This document shows positions 47,176 to 56,459 of a stretch of DNA of 63,753 nt, in pieces (position 1 is the stretch's first letter; each line of letters opens with the position of its first letter). The stretch spans positions 1 to 63,753 of the IMG/VR virus record IMGVR_UViG_3300032236_000438. One strand, 5' to 3'. The notes beneath the pieces are model-generated. The model had not been told where the DNA came from, ran no database searches, and worked only from the letters and a program-made list of their open reading frames with translations. The stretch is from a virus (lineage: Duplodnaviria; Caudoviricetes). A program made the position numbers and the translations under genes.

Positions 47176-47613
47176 ATGGCAAGAGTAGCGCCAGCAGAAA
47201 ACCGCAATGCAGATGAGACAGACCTCATTGCCCGTGCAAAGAAGTATTCGTTTCTTAAATCACAGCTAGATTATTTAGAGAAAGAGCAAAAAGCTCTTCG
47301 TGCTGAGTTGTTTGAGGTTCTTGACCTTGAAGGAGAAGAAGATGACAAAGGAAACATTGTCATTGAACTTCCAGAAGAAGTAGATGGTTATAACTCAATC
47401 ATTAAACAACGCCGTGTATCAAGAAAGATTGATGAGACACGAGCAGAAGAACTCATTACTGAAAAAAGTATGGAAGATACTCTCTATAAAACTATTCGTG
47501 TTGTTGACGAAGACGCATTGATGGCAGCGCTGTACAACGACGAACTTACAGAAGCAGAAGTTGATGAAATGTATCCATCCTCAATTACTTGGGCGTTGGT
47601 ATTAAAGAAGTAA
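47176..47613 (+). CDS. Hypothetical coiled-coil protein
   Basis: 145 aa with a good SD. Confidence 0.55.
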   Translation: MARVAPAENRNADETDLIARAKKYSFLKSQLDYLEKEQKALRAELFEVLDLEGEEDDKGNIVIELPEEVDGYNSIIKQRRVSRKIDETRAEELITEKSMEDTLYKTIRVVDEDALMAALYNDELTEAEVDEMYPSSITWALVLKK

Positions 47614-47615
47614 AA

Positions 47616-47741
47616 ATGAAATGTTATGTAGACGGATGTTCTAATACAGTTAAATGGTACATCTGGATAGATGGTTCCGTTTGCTGTGACAAACACGCAG
47701 AACCAATAGGAAGTTACGTAGATAAGTTAGAGGATAAATAA
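47616..47741 (+). CDS. 41-aa Cys/His protein (not in ORF track)
   Basis: MKCYVDGC...CCDKH; fills the gap and is TAATG-coupled to the next gene. Confidence 0.5.
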   Translation: MKCYVDGCSNTVKWYIWIDGSVCCDKHAEPIGSYVDKLEDK

Positions 47742-48217
47742 TGGCTGGTCTACGTAGTGACGACGAAATTGAAAAGGCGTTTGCTGATTTAGAGTACATT
47801 CCTGGCTCTAAGAAGAAGCGTCGTGAACCAGACCCAAAGGTTTCTCGCCGTAAAAGCGGTGAGACTAATGGTTGGGATGCAAACCCAATCATTAAAACAT
47901 TAGGTGGACAAGAAACAGAAGTGTTTACCATCGGTGCGTTAGCGCAAGCGTTGGAGAAACAAATTGTTACTGTTCGTCTATGGGAGCGCAAAGGGTATAT
48001 ACCACGTGCCCCGTATAGGCTTCGGGCTAAGACCCTAAAGGGTCAGAAAACTGGAGGAAATCGGGTTTATACCAAAGCACTCATTGAAGCCACTGTTGAC
48101 GAATTCGCCAAAAGAGGCTTACTTGGAACCGCTCGTGTAGAGTGGGGCCAGCACGAAGACCTGACAGAGGCTTTAGTTAGTCGCTGGAAGGACATCACAT
48201 CCACAGAGAGCCGTTAG
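47741..48217 (+). CDS. MerR-type HTH DNA-binding protein
   Basis: 'FTIGALAQALEKQIVTVRLWERKGYIP...NRVYT'. Confidence 0.8.
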   Translation: MAGLRSDDEIEKAFADLEYIPGSKKKRREPDPKVSRRKSGETNGWDANPIIKTLGGQETEVFTIGALAQALEKQIVTVRLWERKGYIPRAPYRLRAKTLKGQKTGGNRVYTKALIEATVDEFAKRGLLGTARVEWGQHEDLTEALVSRWKDITSTESR

Positions 48218-48239
48218 GCCTCATTACCAAAGGAACCAC

Positions 48240-48893
48240 ATGCCAATTACAAAGCCGTCAGTTGATGCTGACACATATCTCGCTGAAGACAGCGCAGATA
48301 TCCAACCAACAGTTGGAACAACCGTTCAAGAAGGTTGGGGCGCAGTAGACGCTCTACTTAACGCACCTACTTCTGAGTTCCCAACGGACTTCCGTTTCTC
48401 AGAAGAACCACAACTTGTTAAGTTCCTTCAAGACCACCCATTTGCAACCTACGAGCAGCACTGGATTGACGCTATTTCAAAAGGAAAGAAGTCATTTGTT
48501 TGCATCGGAGATGGTTGCCCACTCTGCGAAATTCTTGGCGACAAGCCTCGTGGAAAGTTTGCATTCAACATTCTTGTTCTTGCTGGTGAAACAACTGGCG
48601 TACAGGTTTTGACTGCTCCACCTTCACTTGCTCGTCAGATTAAGAAAGCTCATGATGATGAGCGCAAGGGACCACTTGACCGTGAGTTCTGGGAAATTTC
48701 TCGCATGGGTACAGGACCAACGACACAGTACACCCTCAACTATGTACGTGGTCGTGACCTTGCTGAGGAGTGGAAGTTGTCACTAGACGACGTTACAGCG
48801 CAAATTGCAGCTGCTGAGTTATTCACAGCAGACAAAGTAGTCCGAGAGACCCCTCGCTCTGAACTTCTTGAAATTGCTCGCACCGTAGCGTAA
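48240..48893 (+). CDS. Single-stranded DNA-binding protein (gp32-like)
   Basis: 'VKFL', 'QHW', 'C.GDGCPLC', 'ISRMG.G..TQY'; upstream of the polymerase. Confidence 0.7.
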   Translation: MPITKPSVDADTYLAEDSADIQPTVGTTVQEGWGAVDALLNAPTSEFPTDFRFSEEPQLVKFLQDHPFATYEQHWIDAISKGKKSFVCIGDGCPLCEILGDKPRGKFAFNILVLAGETTGVQVLTAPPSLARQIKKAHDDERKGPLDREFWEISRMGTGPTTQYTLNYVRGRDLAEEWKLSLDDVTAQIAAAELFTADKVVRETPRSELLEIARTVA

Positions 48894-48903
48894 AGCTTCC
48901 ACA

Positions 48904-48957
48904 GTAGTGGGGGGTCTGTCTTCCGTTTCCAGGCCCCCTTCTACACACCTAGAGGGG
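48904..48957 (+). promoter_or_regulatory. Alternative hairpins in the polymerase leader
   Basis: Stem 48904-48918/48930-48944, competing with 48936-48943/48950-48957, which covers the SD. Confidence 0.5.
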
Positions 48958-48963
48958 ATTAAA

Positions 48964-50973
48964 ATGAACATCATTACAACAAAAGAACAGTTAGCAAACC
49001 TTGTTGAGTTTTACTCCAAGGTAGATGGATTTGCATTTGACGTAGAAACTGTTGGAGAGAACCGCATCCAACCAGTCGTCAACGATGTCTTGTGGATTTC
49101 ATTAGCAACAGATGGTCGCACAGACGTTATACCTATGGGACACCCTAACGGCGAGTTCTTACGTTGGGACAAAGAACTTCTTCTCAGTGGTCAAAAGAAA
49201 CTTGCTGCAGGAAAGAACTTAGAAGATTTAAAAGAGACTGACTTCTCAAAGAACCAATCAAAGTGGCAACCTGTCTTTGATGTTCCTCCTGTTCAGCTAT
49301 TACCGGGAGATGTGTTTAAAGCATTAAAACCTTTGTTCTTTAGCGACAAGTTAAAGGTGGGTCACAATATTAAGTTTGACCTTAAATCAATTGCTAAGTA
49401 TTACCGAGGCGTTGTTCCACCAAAGCCATTCTTTGACACGATGATGGCAGCATTTATTTTAGATAACCGCAACCGTGGCAAGTTGGGATTAAAAGATACT
49501 TCAGAAAAGTATCTAAAGATTAAAGTTGAAAAAGGCATTGGAGCAATGGTGGAAGTCCATTCGTTCTCAGACGTTGCACATTATTCAGGGTTTGACTCAG
49601 AGGTAACTTGGAAGCTGTATAAAGAACTACAGCCTAAGTTAACCGGAAGCCTTGCTCGTGTATGGCAGTTAGAGATGGATATCATCGCTGCTCTCTGCGA
49701 TATGGAGTTGGCTGGAGCAACCGTTGATGTTGATGAACTAGAGAACTTGAAAAAGCGTCTTGATATTGATATTGATAATGCTAAAGCCACTGCTTGGAAA
49801 CTTGCAGGCAAAGCATTTTCTATGAACTCAGTTCCAGAGAAACAAAAGATTTTGTTCTCACCTAAAGAAGAGGGTGGACGTGGAATCAAGCCTAACCTCA
49901 AAGTAAAGATTGCTTTGACTAGCAAAGGACAGGACATGCTTGCAGCAGGTCAAGCCCTTACTATCAATCAGTTTTCTGTATCTTCTGACGCACTTGAGTT
50001 TTACCGCTCTAAAGATGAATTAGTTGACGCCATCTTGGAGTATCAAGACTTAAACAAGTTGATGACGACTTATGTAATGCCTTATTTGGGCGGAGAAATT
50101 ACTCGTACAAATTTAGGCAAAGCAAAGATTGTTGATAAAAAATCATTACTTATTAACGGCAAGGTACACACAAGTTTTAAATCCCATGGAGCAGAGACAG
50201 GTCGTTTTTCCAGTAGTGACCCTAACTTACAGAACATCCCTAGTAGCGGAACATATGGAAAGTTAATCCGTAATTTGTTTATTGCTCCTGAAGGATACAA
50301 GATAGTAGTTGCTGATTACTCACAGATTGAACCACGCATCATTGCTTCGTTTTCTAACGACCCAATCATGATGGACAATTATCTAAACGGCAAAGATATC
50401 TACACCACTATTGGTGACACTGTAGGGCTTGACCGTAAAGCAGGTAAAGTTTTGGTATTAGCGATGTCTTACGGTGTAGGTCCTGACAAGATTGCTTCAT
50501 CACTAGGGCTAACTGTTGATGCTGCTAAGAAACTGTTGAACGACTTTACAGAGCGGTTCCATGATATCGCTAAGTACAAAGCCAAGGTTATTCGTTTAGC
50601 TTCTCAACGTACTCCATCTCCTTATGTGGAAACGATGTTTGGACGCCGTCGTTATATTCCTGACCTAAAAAGTTCTGATAAAGGGTTACGAAGCAGGGCA
50701 GAACGACAAGCGTTTAACACAATGATTCAAGGTTCTGCTGCAGATTTGATGAAACTCGCCATCGTCAGAGCACATTCGTGTTTCGTGGATGAGCCAGGTG
50801 TTGATGTAGTATTGACTGTGCACGACGAACTCGTTACAGTGGCACGTGAAGATTTAGCAGAAGAAACAGCGGAGGCAATTAGAGAGTCAATGGAAGGTAT
50901 CAAGTTACCTGAAATTACGGTTCCTCTTATTGCTGAAGTTAAAATCGTAGATAAATGGGGAGAAGCAAAATGA
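48964..50973 (+). CDS. polA: Family A DNA polymerase (3'-5' exonuclease + polymerase)
   Basis: ExoI 'FDVET', ExoII 'HNIKFDL', 'TGRFSSSDPNLQNIP', motif A 'ADYSQIEPR', motif C 'VHDEL'. Confidence 0.95.
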   Translation: MNIITTKEQLANLVEFYSKVDGFAFDVETVGENRIQPVVNDVLWISLATDGRTDVIPMGHPNGEFLRWDKELLLSGQKKLAAGKNLEDLKETDFSKNQSKWQPVFDVPPVQLLPGDVFKALKPLFFSDKLKVGHNIKFDLKSIAKYYRGVVPPKPFFDTMMAAFILDNRNRGKLGLKDTSEKYLKIKVEKGIGAMVEVHSFSDVAHYSGFDSEVTWKLYKELQPKLTGSLARVWQLEMDIIAALCDMELAGATVDVDELENLKKRLDIDIDNAKATAWKLAGKAFSMNSVPEKQKILFSPKEEGGRGIKPNLKVKIALTSKGQDMLAAGQALTINQFSVSSDALEFYRSKDELVDAILEYQDLNKLMTTYVMPYLGGEITRTNLGKAKIVDKKSLLINGKVHTSFKSHGAETGRFSSSDPNLQNIPSSGTYGKLIRNLFIAPEGYKIVVADYSQIEPRIIASFSNDPIMMDNYLNGKDIYTTIGDTVGLDRKAGKVLVLAMSYGVGPDKIASSLGLTVDAAKKLLNDFTERFHDIAKYKAKVIRLASQRTPSPYVETMFGRRRYIPDLKSSDKGLRSRAERQAFNTMIQGSAADLMKLAIVRAHSCFVDEPGVDVVLTVHDELVTVAREDLAEETAEAIRESMEGIKLPEITVPLIAEVKIVDKWGEAK

Positions 50974-51095
50974 GTTTTATCTGTAAAGTATTTGGGCACA
51001 AGATGTACAGCATCTCTTGGACACAGGCCAAGTTCACAGTGCTATGCACACGCTGCGAGAAGCGTTGGGAGAAAATGGACGACATAAATGAGTAA
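50970..51095 (+). CDS. 41-aa DUF1660-like Zn peptide (not in ORF track)
   Basis: 'ICKVFGHK...CTRC'. Confidence 0.55.
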   Translation: MSFICKVFGHKMYSISWTQAKFTVLCTRCEKRWEKMDDINE

Positions 51096-51480
51096 TGCAG
51101 ATTGGTGGGCTAAGCAGCTAGGCACACAACCACAGGCACCTCAACAACGCCCTGTAAACAATCCGTTGCCACCCTCACAGCAACCCATGACTCCATATGT
51201 TGCGCCACAACAGCAGGCACCGTCAGCAGCAAAGGCACAGAGTGCAACACAAAGCAATCCATGCCCTGAATGTGGTGGAGGAAATTACATGTCACCACAA
51301 CCCAACATTGCTTTACGTTGTTATGACTGTGGTTATCCGGTTATGCAATCAGGCTCTCGTTATGGAGCATTGACTGGAGCAAAAGTTGAAGGTGGCGTTA
51401 AAAGCGCAATAGGAAACTCAAGCACTTCTGGTTTCAATCCGATGCCAGACGGTTACAACGCCCAAGGACAAAAGATATGA
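51088..51480 (+). CDS. Zn-ribbon protein with Pro/Gln-rich N-terminus
   Basis: 'CPECGGGNY...RCYDCGYP'. Confidence 0.6.
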   Translation: MSNADWWAKQLGTQPQAPQQRPVNNPLPPSQQPMTPYVAPQQQAPSAAKAQSATQSNPCPECGGGNYMSPQPNIALRCYDCGYPVMQSGSRYGALTGAKVEGGVKSAIGNSSTSGFNPMPDGYNAQGQKI

Positions 51481-52526
51481 TAAATGCTGAAGCAAGAAAA
51501 CTTGTTGCACAACTTAACAAGAAGTTTAAGTCTGACGTTGTCGTTCTTGCGAGCGATATTCGCAGCGATATTATTCCCCGTATTACTAGTGGTAGTACTA
51601 CTCTTGACTTTGTTCTTGGTGGTGGTTTTCCTGGTAACCAATGGAACGAACTTATTGGCGAGCCATCGCACGGCAAGACAGCTCTCGCTCTTAAAACAAT
51701 TGCTGCAAATCAAGCGTTAAATCCTGAGTACACCACAGTGTGGGTAGCAGCAGAGCAATGGGTTCCAGAATATGCAGCAATGTGTGGCGTAGATACCAGT
51801 CGTGTAATCGTTATTGAAACCAGCATTATGGAAGAGGCATATCAAGCAGTCATTGAGTTTGCTGAGTCTAAATCTGTAGATGCAATTGTTATTGATTCAT
51901 TACCAGCACTCTCTCCTATGCCAGAAATGGAAAAGGATATGAGTGAAGCAACTGTTGGTCGTGGAGCACTTCTCACCAACAAGTTCTTCCGTGTAGTAGG
52001 CACAGCAATGAAGCGTTCCCTTACTGAGGACGAGCGTCCGGTATTGGGTCTTATCATTAACCAGTACCGAATGAAAATTGGTGTCATGCATGGTGACCCT
52101 CGTACAACTCCTGGTGGAGAAGGTAAGAACTATGCGTTTTTTACTCGTTGCGAAGTTCGTCGTAAGGAATGGATTGAGATTGGTTCTGGAACAAACAAGG
52201 TTCGTGTAGGTCAGCAAATTGTTGTTCGTACACTTAAAAACAAAACTGCACCACCACAGCGTGTTGCATACTTTGATTTCTACTTTGCAGAAGGTGGCGC
52301 CTGTGCTCCAGGAGAGTTTGATTTCGCTAAGGAAATCGCATCTCTTGGCGTAATTATGGGAGTCGTTGAACGCAAAGGTGGTTGGTTCTATTACGGCGAG
52401 AGGAAATGGCAGGGCATTGACTCTGTTATTGCCAGTATCCGTGAAGAAGTTGACCTTAAAGAAGCAATACAGAAAGCCGTACTGTCATCAGATGCTGCAC
52501 CAATATTGGCGGACGATGAAGACTGA
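51477..52526 (+). CDS. recA: RecA/UvsX-like recombinase
   Basis: 'SGS..LD..LGGGFP', Walker A GEPSHGKT, 'VIDSL', 'INQYR.KIGVM.GDP.TTPGG', 'KNKTAPP'. Confidence 0.95.
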   Translation: MINAEARKLVAQLNKKFKSDVVVLASDIRSDIIPRITSGSTTLDFVLGGGFPGNQWNELIGEPSHGKTALALKTIAANQALNPEYTTVWVAAEQWVPEYAAMCGVDTSRVIVIETSIMEEAYQAVIEFAESKSVDAIVIDSLPALSPMPEMEKDMSEATVGRGALLTNKFFRVVGTAMKRSLTEDERPVLGLIINQYRMKIGVMHGDPRTTPGGEGKNYAFFTRCEVRRKEWIEIGSGTNKVRVGQQIVVRTLKNKTAPPQRVAYFDFYFAEGGACAPGEFDFAKEIASLGVIMGVVERKGGWFYYGERKWQGIDSVIASIREEVDLKEAIQKAVLSSDAAPILADDED

Positions 52527-52833
52527 AGGACAAAAGCAATCACAGAAGCATGAAAAGCGTCTCGCTAAGAAGATTGGCGGTAAGACAATGGCAGCTTCTG
52601 GAGCGTTTTGGTCTCACAAAGGAGATGTTCGGTCAAGCGACCTCTTGATTGAACATAAATTTACAGGGAAGAAATCTTTCTCAGTAAAGTCAGAGGTGTT
52701 GAAGAAAATAACTGGAGAGGCAATCATGGATGGACGCATGCCCGTATTGGGTGTCCATCTAGACGGGGAGAATTATGTGATTCTCCTTGAAGACGATTTC
52801 TTAGAGATGAGGGACCGACTTAAGGATGCCTAA
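52516..52833 (+). CDS. PD-(D/E)XK Holliday junction resolvase (Hjc-like)
   Basis: 'HEKRLAK', 'ASGA', 'KGDV', 'LIEHK'; start at ATG 52516. Confidence 0.7.
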   Translation: MKTEGQKQSQKHEKRLAKKIGGKTMAASGAFWSHKGDVRSSDLLIEHKFTGKKSFSVKSEVLKKITGEAIMDGRMPVLGVHLDGENYVILLEDDFLEMRDRLKDA

Positions 52834-52836
52834 TAC

Positions 52837-53169
52837 ATGTATGAAGAAGACTCACCCTGGTGGGCTAAAGCACGTTGCTTTGGTGCCGCTCCTAAATCAC
52901 GGGACGAAGAGGACATCTTCTATCCCCCTAGAGATAAAGAGAAGTACAAGTTAATAGCAGAGCAAGCCAAGGTCTATTGCTTTGGTGAAAATGGCAAGAA
53001 CCCATGTCCAGTTCTAAAAGATTGTTTGTGGGATGCAGTACAGCGTGAAGAGCCACACGGTATCTGGGGCGGTTTGAGCCACAGAGAACGCAATGCTTTA
53101 ATACGAAAACATAAAAAATCATTCGCAAAGAAGATGACCCTCAAAGAGTACATTTTCAGTAAGGACTAA
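52837..53169 (+). CDS. whiB: WhiB-family transcription regulator
   Basis: Four Cys, 'DIFYP', 'CPV..DCL..A', 'GIWGGLS.RER'. Confidence 0.9.
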   Translation: MYEEDSPWWAKARCFGAAPKSRDEEDIFYPPRDKEKYKLIAEQAKVYCFGENGKNPCPVLKDCLWDAVQREEPHGIWGGLSHRERNALIRKHKKSFAKKMTLKEYIFSKD

Positions 53170-53170
53170 C

Positions 53171-54028
53171 ATGGCTACAGAACTGAAGAAGTTCTTAGAT
53201 GCAAAGAAGACGACAACACGCTTATTGGGTGATGTTGAACGACACCTTATGCGCCGTCCAATGGATGACCGTCGTATGGATGTTCTCCACCCGTCAGAAA
53301 TCATTAAACCTGACTGGTGTCACCGTTATTCTTATTACCTGCTAACGGGTGGAGAAGCCAAGAGAGATAAGCCAAACCTTAGACTGCAAAATATCTTTGA
53401 TGAAGGCCATTACATTCACGCTAAATGGCAAAAGAGATTCCAGGAAATGGGAGTCTTGTACGGTAAGTTCCAATGCGTAGCCTGTAAAACAGTCACCACA
53501 GCTATATCTCCTGAGTGCGACGAGTGCGGTACAGCAGAGACCATGGAGTACAAAGAAGTAACTCTTGTAGAGCCTTTACTGCGTATTGCAGGGCATACTG
53601 ATGGTTGGATTAAAGGCATTGGAGATGATTGCCTTATTGAAATCAAATCCATTGGTGCTGGAACTCTGCGTTTTGAAGCCCCAGAGATTTTGGCTGATGC
53701 TGATGGCGATATCGGAAAAGCCTTTAATAATATCCGTCGCCCATTCCGTAGTCACTTATTGCAGGGTCAAATGTACCTAGAGCTAGCTCACCGTATGTTT
53801 GGTGCAGATGCTCCAAAAGAAATTGTGTTCTTGTATGAGAACAAAGCTGACCAAGCCACAAAAGAATTTACAGTTAAAGCAGATTACGAGATTGTAGAAC
53901 GTATCTTCTTTAGCGCTCAGAAATTAATGAAAGCTATTGAAACTGGTAAGATGCCGGATTGTAACGTCACTCCTGGTGGCTGCAAGCAGTGCGACAAGTT
54001 AGTGGATTTAGGAGACTGGGATGCTTAA
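53171..54028 (+). CDS. Cas4-like PD-(D/E)XK exonuclease
   Basis: 'HPSE....WC.R', 'G...H', 'GHTDG', 'IEIKS', 'Q.QMY', C-terminal 'CKQC'. Confidence 0.8.
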   Translation: MATELKKFLDAKKTTTRLLGDVERHLMRRPMDDRRMDVLHPSEIIKPDWCHRYSYYLLTGGEAKRDKPNLRLQNIFDEGHYIHAKWQKRFQEMGVLYGKFQCVACKTVTTAISPECDECGTAETMEYKEVTLVEPLLRIAGHTDGWIKGIGDDCLIEIKSIGAGTLRFEAPEILADADGDIGKAFNNIRRPFRSHLLQGQMYLELAHRMFGADAPKEIVFLYENKADQATKEFTVKADYEIVERIFFSAQKLMKAIETGKMPDCNVTPGGCKQCDKLVDLGDWDA

Positions 54029-54509
54029 TCTAGGACCAATGTCAGACCTAGCCGTAAAGAAGATGGCTGAGCAGAACATCAACATGTGGCCTGACCAGTC
54101 AGACCAACCTAAGATGCCTAAAGACATTTCAGTTCTAGATAGCGATGAACTTAGCTCATTGTTTACTGAGCTCACAGCTTGGTCTAACTTTGTAGCTGGT
54201 CAACTAGCTGCAGCTCAAGTAGATGAGCATGTACTGAACAAAAAGAAAGATTCTTTAGAGGCAAAGTTGTTCCTTGATAAAGATAATTCCAAAGTCAAAG
54301 GCGAGAGAGTTACCCTTATCAAGGCACAGGTTGCTGCAGACCCACGCATTGAGGACTTAGAGAACCAACTAACCCATGCTTACGCATACCGCAAAATGGT
54401 AGAGGTTGTAGCAAACAACTTTGAGCGTGATGTTGCGTTGGTATCTCGTGAAATTACTCGTCGTACCAATGACCTACGAGCAACCCGTAAAGATAGGTTT
54501 GCAATATGA
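54021..54509 (+). CDS. UvsY-like helical recombination mediator (tentative)
   Basis: Helical, ends in 'VSREITRR'; lies in the recombination module. Confidence 0.45.
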   Translation: MLNLGPMSDLAVKKMAEQNINMWPDQSDQPKMPKDISVLDSDELSSLFTELTAWSNFVAGQLAAAQVDEHVLNKKKDSLEAKLFLDKDNSKVKGERVTLIKAQVAADPRIEDLENQLTHAYAYRKMVEVVANNFERDVALVSREITRRTNDLRATRKDRFAI

Positions 54510-55042
54510 TTATTGGACTTACAGGTTATGCCCAATCAGGTAAAGACACTGTTGCTCAAATACTAGTTGAAAAATACAAGTATGAACGAGTTGCATTTGC
54601 AGATGCCATTCGTGAAATTTTGTATGATATGAACCCAAATTTTAGAGACACTTTACTTCAGCAAGCAGTAAACAATCATGGTTGGGATGAAGTAAAGAAA
54701 GACCCTGCAGTCCGAAGAATGTTGCAAAACCTAGGCGTTGGTGCTCGTAAGGTTTTAGGTGATGATGTTTGGGTGGTTGCTGCTTTACGTAAACTATACG
54801 ACATAAATCAAAACTATGTAATTACCGATGTTAGATTTGAAAACGAAGCAGTGATGATTCAACAATTAAAAGGAGAATTGTGGCGTGTTAAGCGTCCAGG
54901 AGTAGAAGCAGTTAACAGCCATATATCTGAGCATGAGATGGATGGATATAAAGTAGATAGAATTTTGCACAACGGGGGAACGTTGGAAGAACTAGAGTTA
55001 CTAGTTACCACACGGATGGGTTCCCTCTTAAATGCCAACTAA
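54506..55042 (+). CDS. Deoxynucleoside monophosphate kinase
   Basis: 'IIGLTGYAQSGKDT', 'FAD', 'R..LQ.LG', 'ITDVRF.NE', 'H.SE'. Confidence 0.9.
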   Translation: MIIGLTGYAQSGKDTVAQILVEKYKYERVAFADAIREILYDMNPNFRDTLLQQAVNNHGWDEVKKDPAVRRMLQNLGVGARKVLGDDVWVVAALRKLYDINQNYVITDVRFENEAVMIQQLKGELWRVKRPGVEAVNSHISEHEMDGYKVDRILHNGGTLEELELLVTTRMGSLLNAN

Positions 55043-55622
55043 GCTACTTGACGGTGGATTAAAAACAAAAGGTAACGTAACAATTGGTATTGACCAATCA
55101 CTCACCGGATTTGCATTAACAGTTCTCTCATTAGACGACCCAACTAAACACATTACGTGGGTATACAAGTCTCCTTATTTTGGCATTGAAAGATTAGTAG
55201 ACATCCGTCAATGGTTGGTGGACACACTCAACTATATTGAGATGGAAATTGAAATGAACATCGTGGATATTGCAATGGAAGGAACGGTCCTTGCAAGTCA
55301 AGCCGCTCTTGTATTGGGAGAACTTTCAGCAACAGTACGTCTAGCAATCTATGACTTATTTGATGAGGGGGACCCTAGACGCTACCCACTCAAGGTCCCA
55401 CCTATGACCCTGAAGAAGTACGCAGCAGGTAAAGGCAACGCCAAGAAACAAGAGATGCTCCTGCAGATATACAAACGATGGGGTGTTGAATTTAACGACG
55501 ATAATGCTGCCGATTCCTACGCTTTAGCACGCCTTGTAGGAAAATTTTCAATTAACGAAGTTGAAAAGGCAGTAGCCATTCAAATGTCAGACGCTAAATA
55601 CAGAGACGCCCCTAGGTTTTAA
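55032..55622 (+). CDS. ruvC: RuvC-like resolvase
   Basis: 'IGIDQSLTG', 'MEG', 'LGEL', 'LKKYAAGKGNAKK', 'DNAADSY'. Confidence 0.85.
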   Translation: MPTKLLDGGLKTKGNVTIGIDQSLTGFALTVLSLDDPTKHITWVYKSPYFGIERLVDIRQWLVDTLNYIEMEIEMNIVDIAMEGTVLASQAALVLGELSATVRLAIYDLFDEGDPRRYPLKVPPMTLKKYAAGKGNAKKQEMLLQIYKRWGVEFNDDNAADSYALARLVGKFSINEVEKAVAIQMSDAKYRDAPRF

Positions 55623-55675
55623 ACGTATCCTTTAGTTCGGGAGTGGCACACCAAACCGAACCAAAGGACTAACAA

Positions 55676-55969
55676 TTGAGCAATACACCAGAATCAGTAC
55701 CAACTGAAGAGCCATTCCTCCGAGTGAGTGCAAGTTCAAACCCTCAGAGCGTAGCTTCAGCAATCGCACATGCAATCTATGACAAGCACGAGGTCAAACT
55801 CCGTGCCGTAGGTGCAGGCGCAGTAAACCAAGCTGTTAAAGCAATTGCCATTGCCCGTGGGTATGTAGCCCCTCGTGGCATGGATTTGACCGACAAGCCA
55901 GGGTTTACGACGATTGAATCACGAGATGGCGAAATTTCAGCAATCGTTTTTCACATTACAGCGTCGTAA
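55676..55969 (+). CDS. spoVS: SpoVS-family (Alba-like) nucleic-acid-binding protein
   Basis: 'LRVSASSNPQSVASAIA...AVGAGAVNQAVKAIAIARGYVAP.G.DL...PGF'; TTG start with SD AAAGGA. Confidence 0.9.
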   Translation: MSNTPESVPTEEPFLRVSASSNPQSVASAIAHAIYDKHEVKLRAVGAGAVNQAVKAIAIARGYVAPRGMDLTDKPGFTTIESRDGEISAIVFHITAS

Positions 55970-56006
55970 AAGCGCCGTATCCTTATACCCAAGGCAAGGA
56001 GTCATC

Positions 56007-56459
56007 ATGGCATTATGGACATCAATGGGTCACGCAATGCGTCGTCGCATGGGCGCACCATCTAATCATCTAGAGGCAGCAGGTAAATCTATGGCACGTA
56101 ATATTCCAACTCCAGAAGAAATCATCGCTTCTGCAGCACACTCATCATCACCACGTAAGTACATGGGAATGGATGCAGTTAATTCTGCAGCACCTGTGAT
56201 GCCAGAGCGTGGAACAAAGATAGCAAAGAAGAACACTCAGGCTGGCGACCCAACAATCAAGAACAAAGCTAATCGCAAGAATGTATCTGCAGGCAATGCA
56301 GCTGCATCAGAGCGTATGGGTGCTCGTTACGCAACTTCAGTGAAGTTCCCTGCAGGCCATGAGCCAGCAGCAGCACCAACAATGGCAAGTGCACGTACTG
56401 TTCCATCAGTGCCAAGCCAGAGTGCTAACTTCATGGGTGAGAGAGACGCTTCTTACTAA
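56007..56459 (+). CDS. Hypothetical low-complexity protein
   Basis: SD AAGGAG before the ATG at 56007. Confidence 0.55.
   Translation: MALWTSMGHAMRRRMGAPSNHLEAAGKSMARNIPTPEEIIASAAHSSSPRKYMGMDAVNSAAPVMPERGTKIAKKNTQAGDPTIKNKANRKNVSAGNAAASERMGARYATSVKFPAGHEPAAAPTMASARTVPSVPSQSANFMGERDASY

Noticed and set aside
53171-54028. CRISPR-Cas locus suggested by the Cas4-like gene
   Set aside because: No cas1/cas2 or array; stand-alone Cas4-like nucleases are common in phage recombination modules
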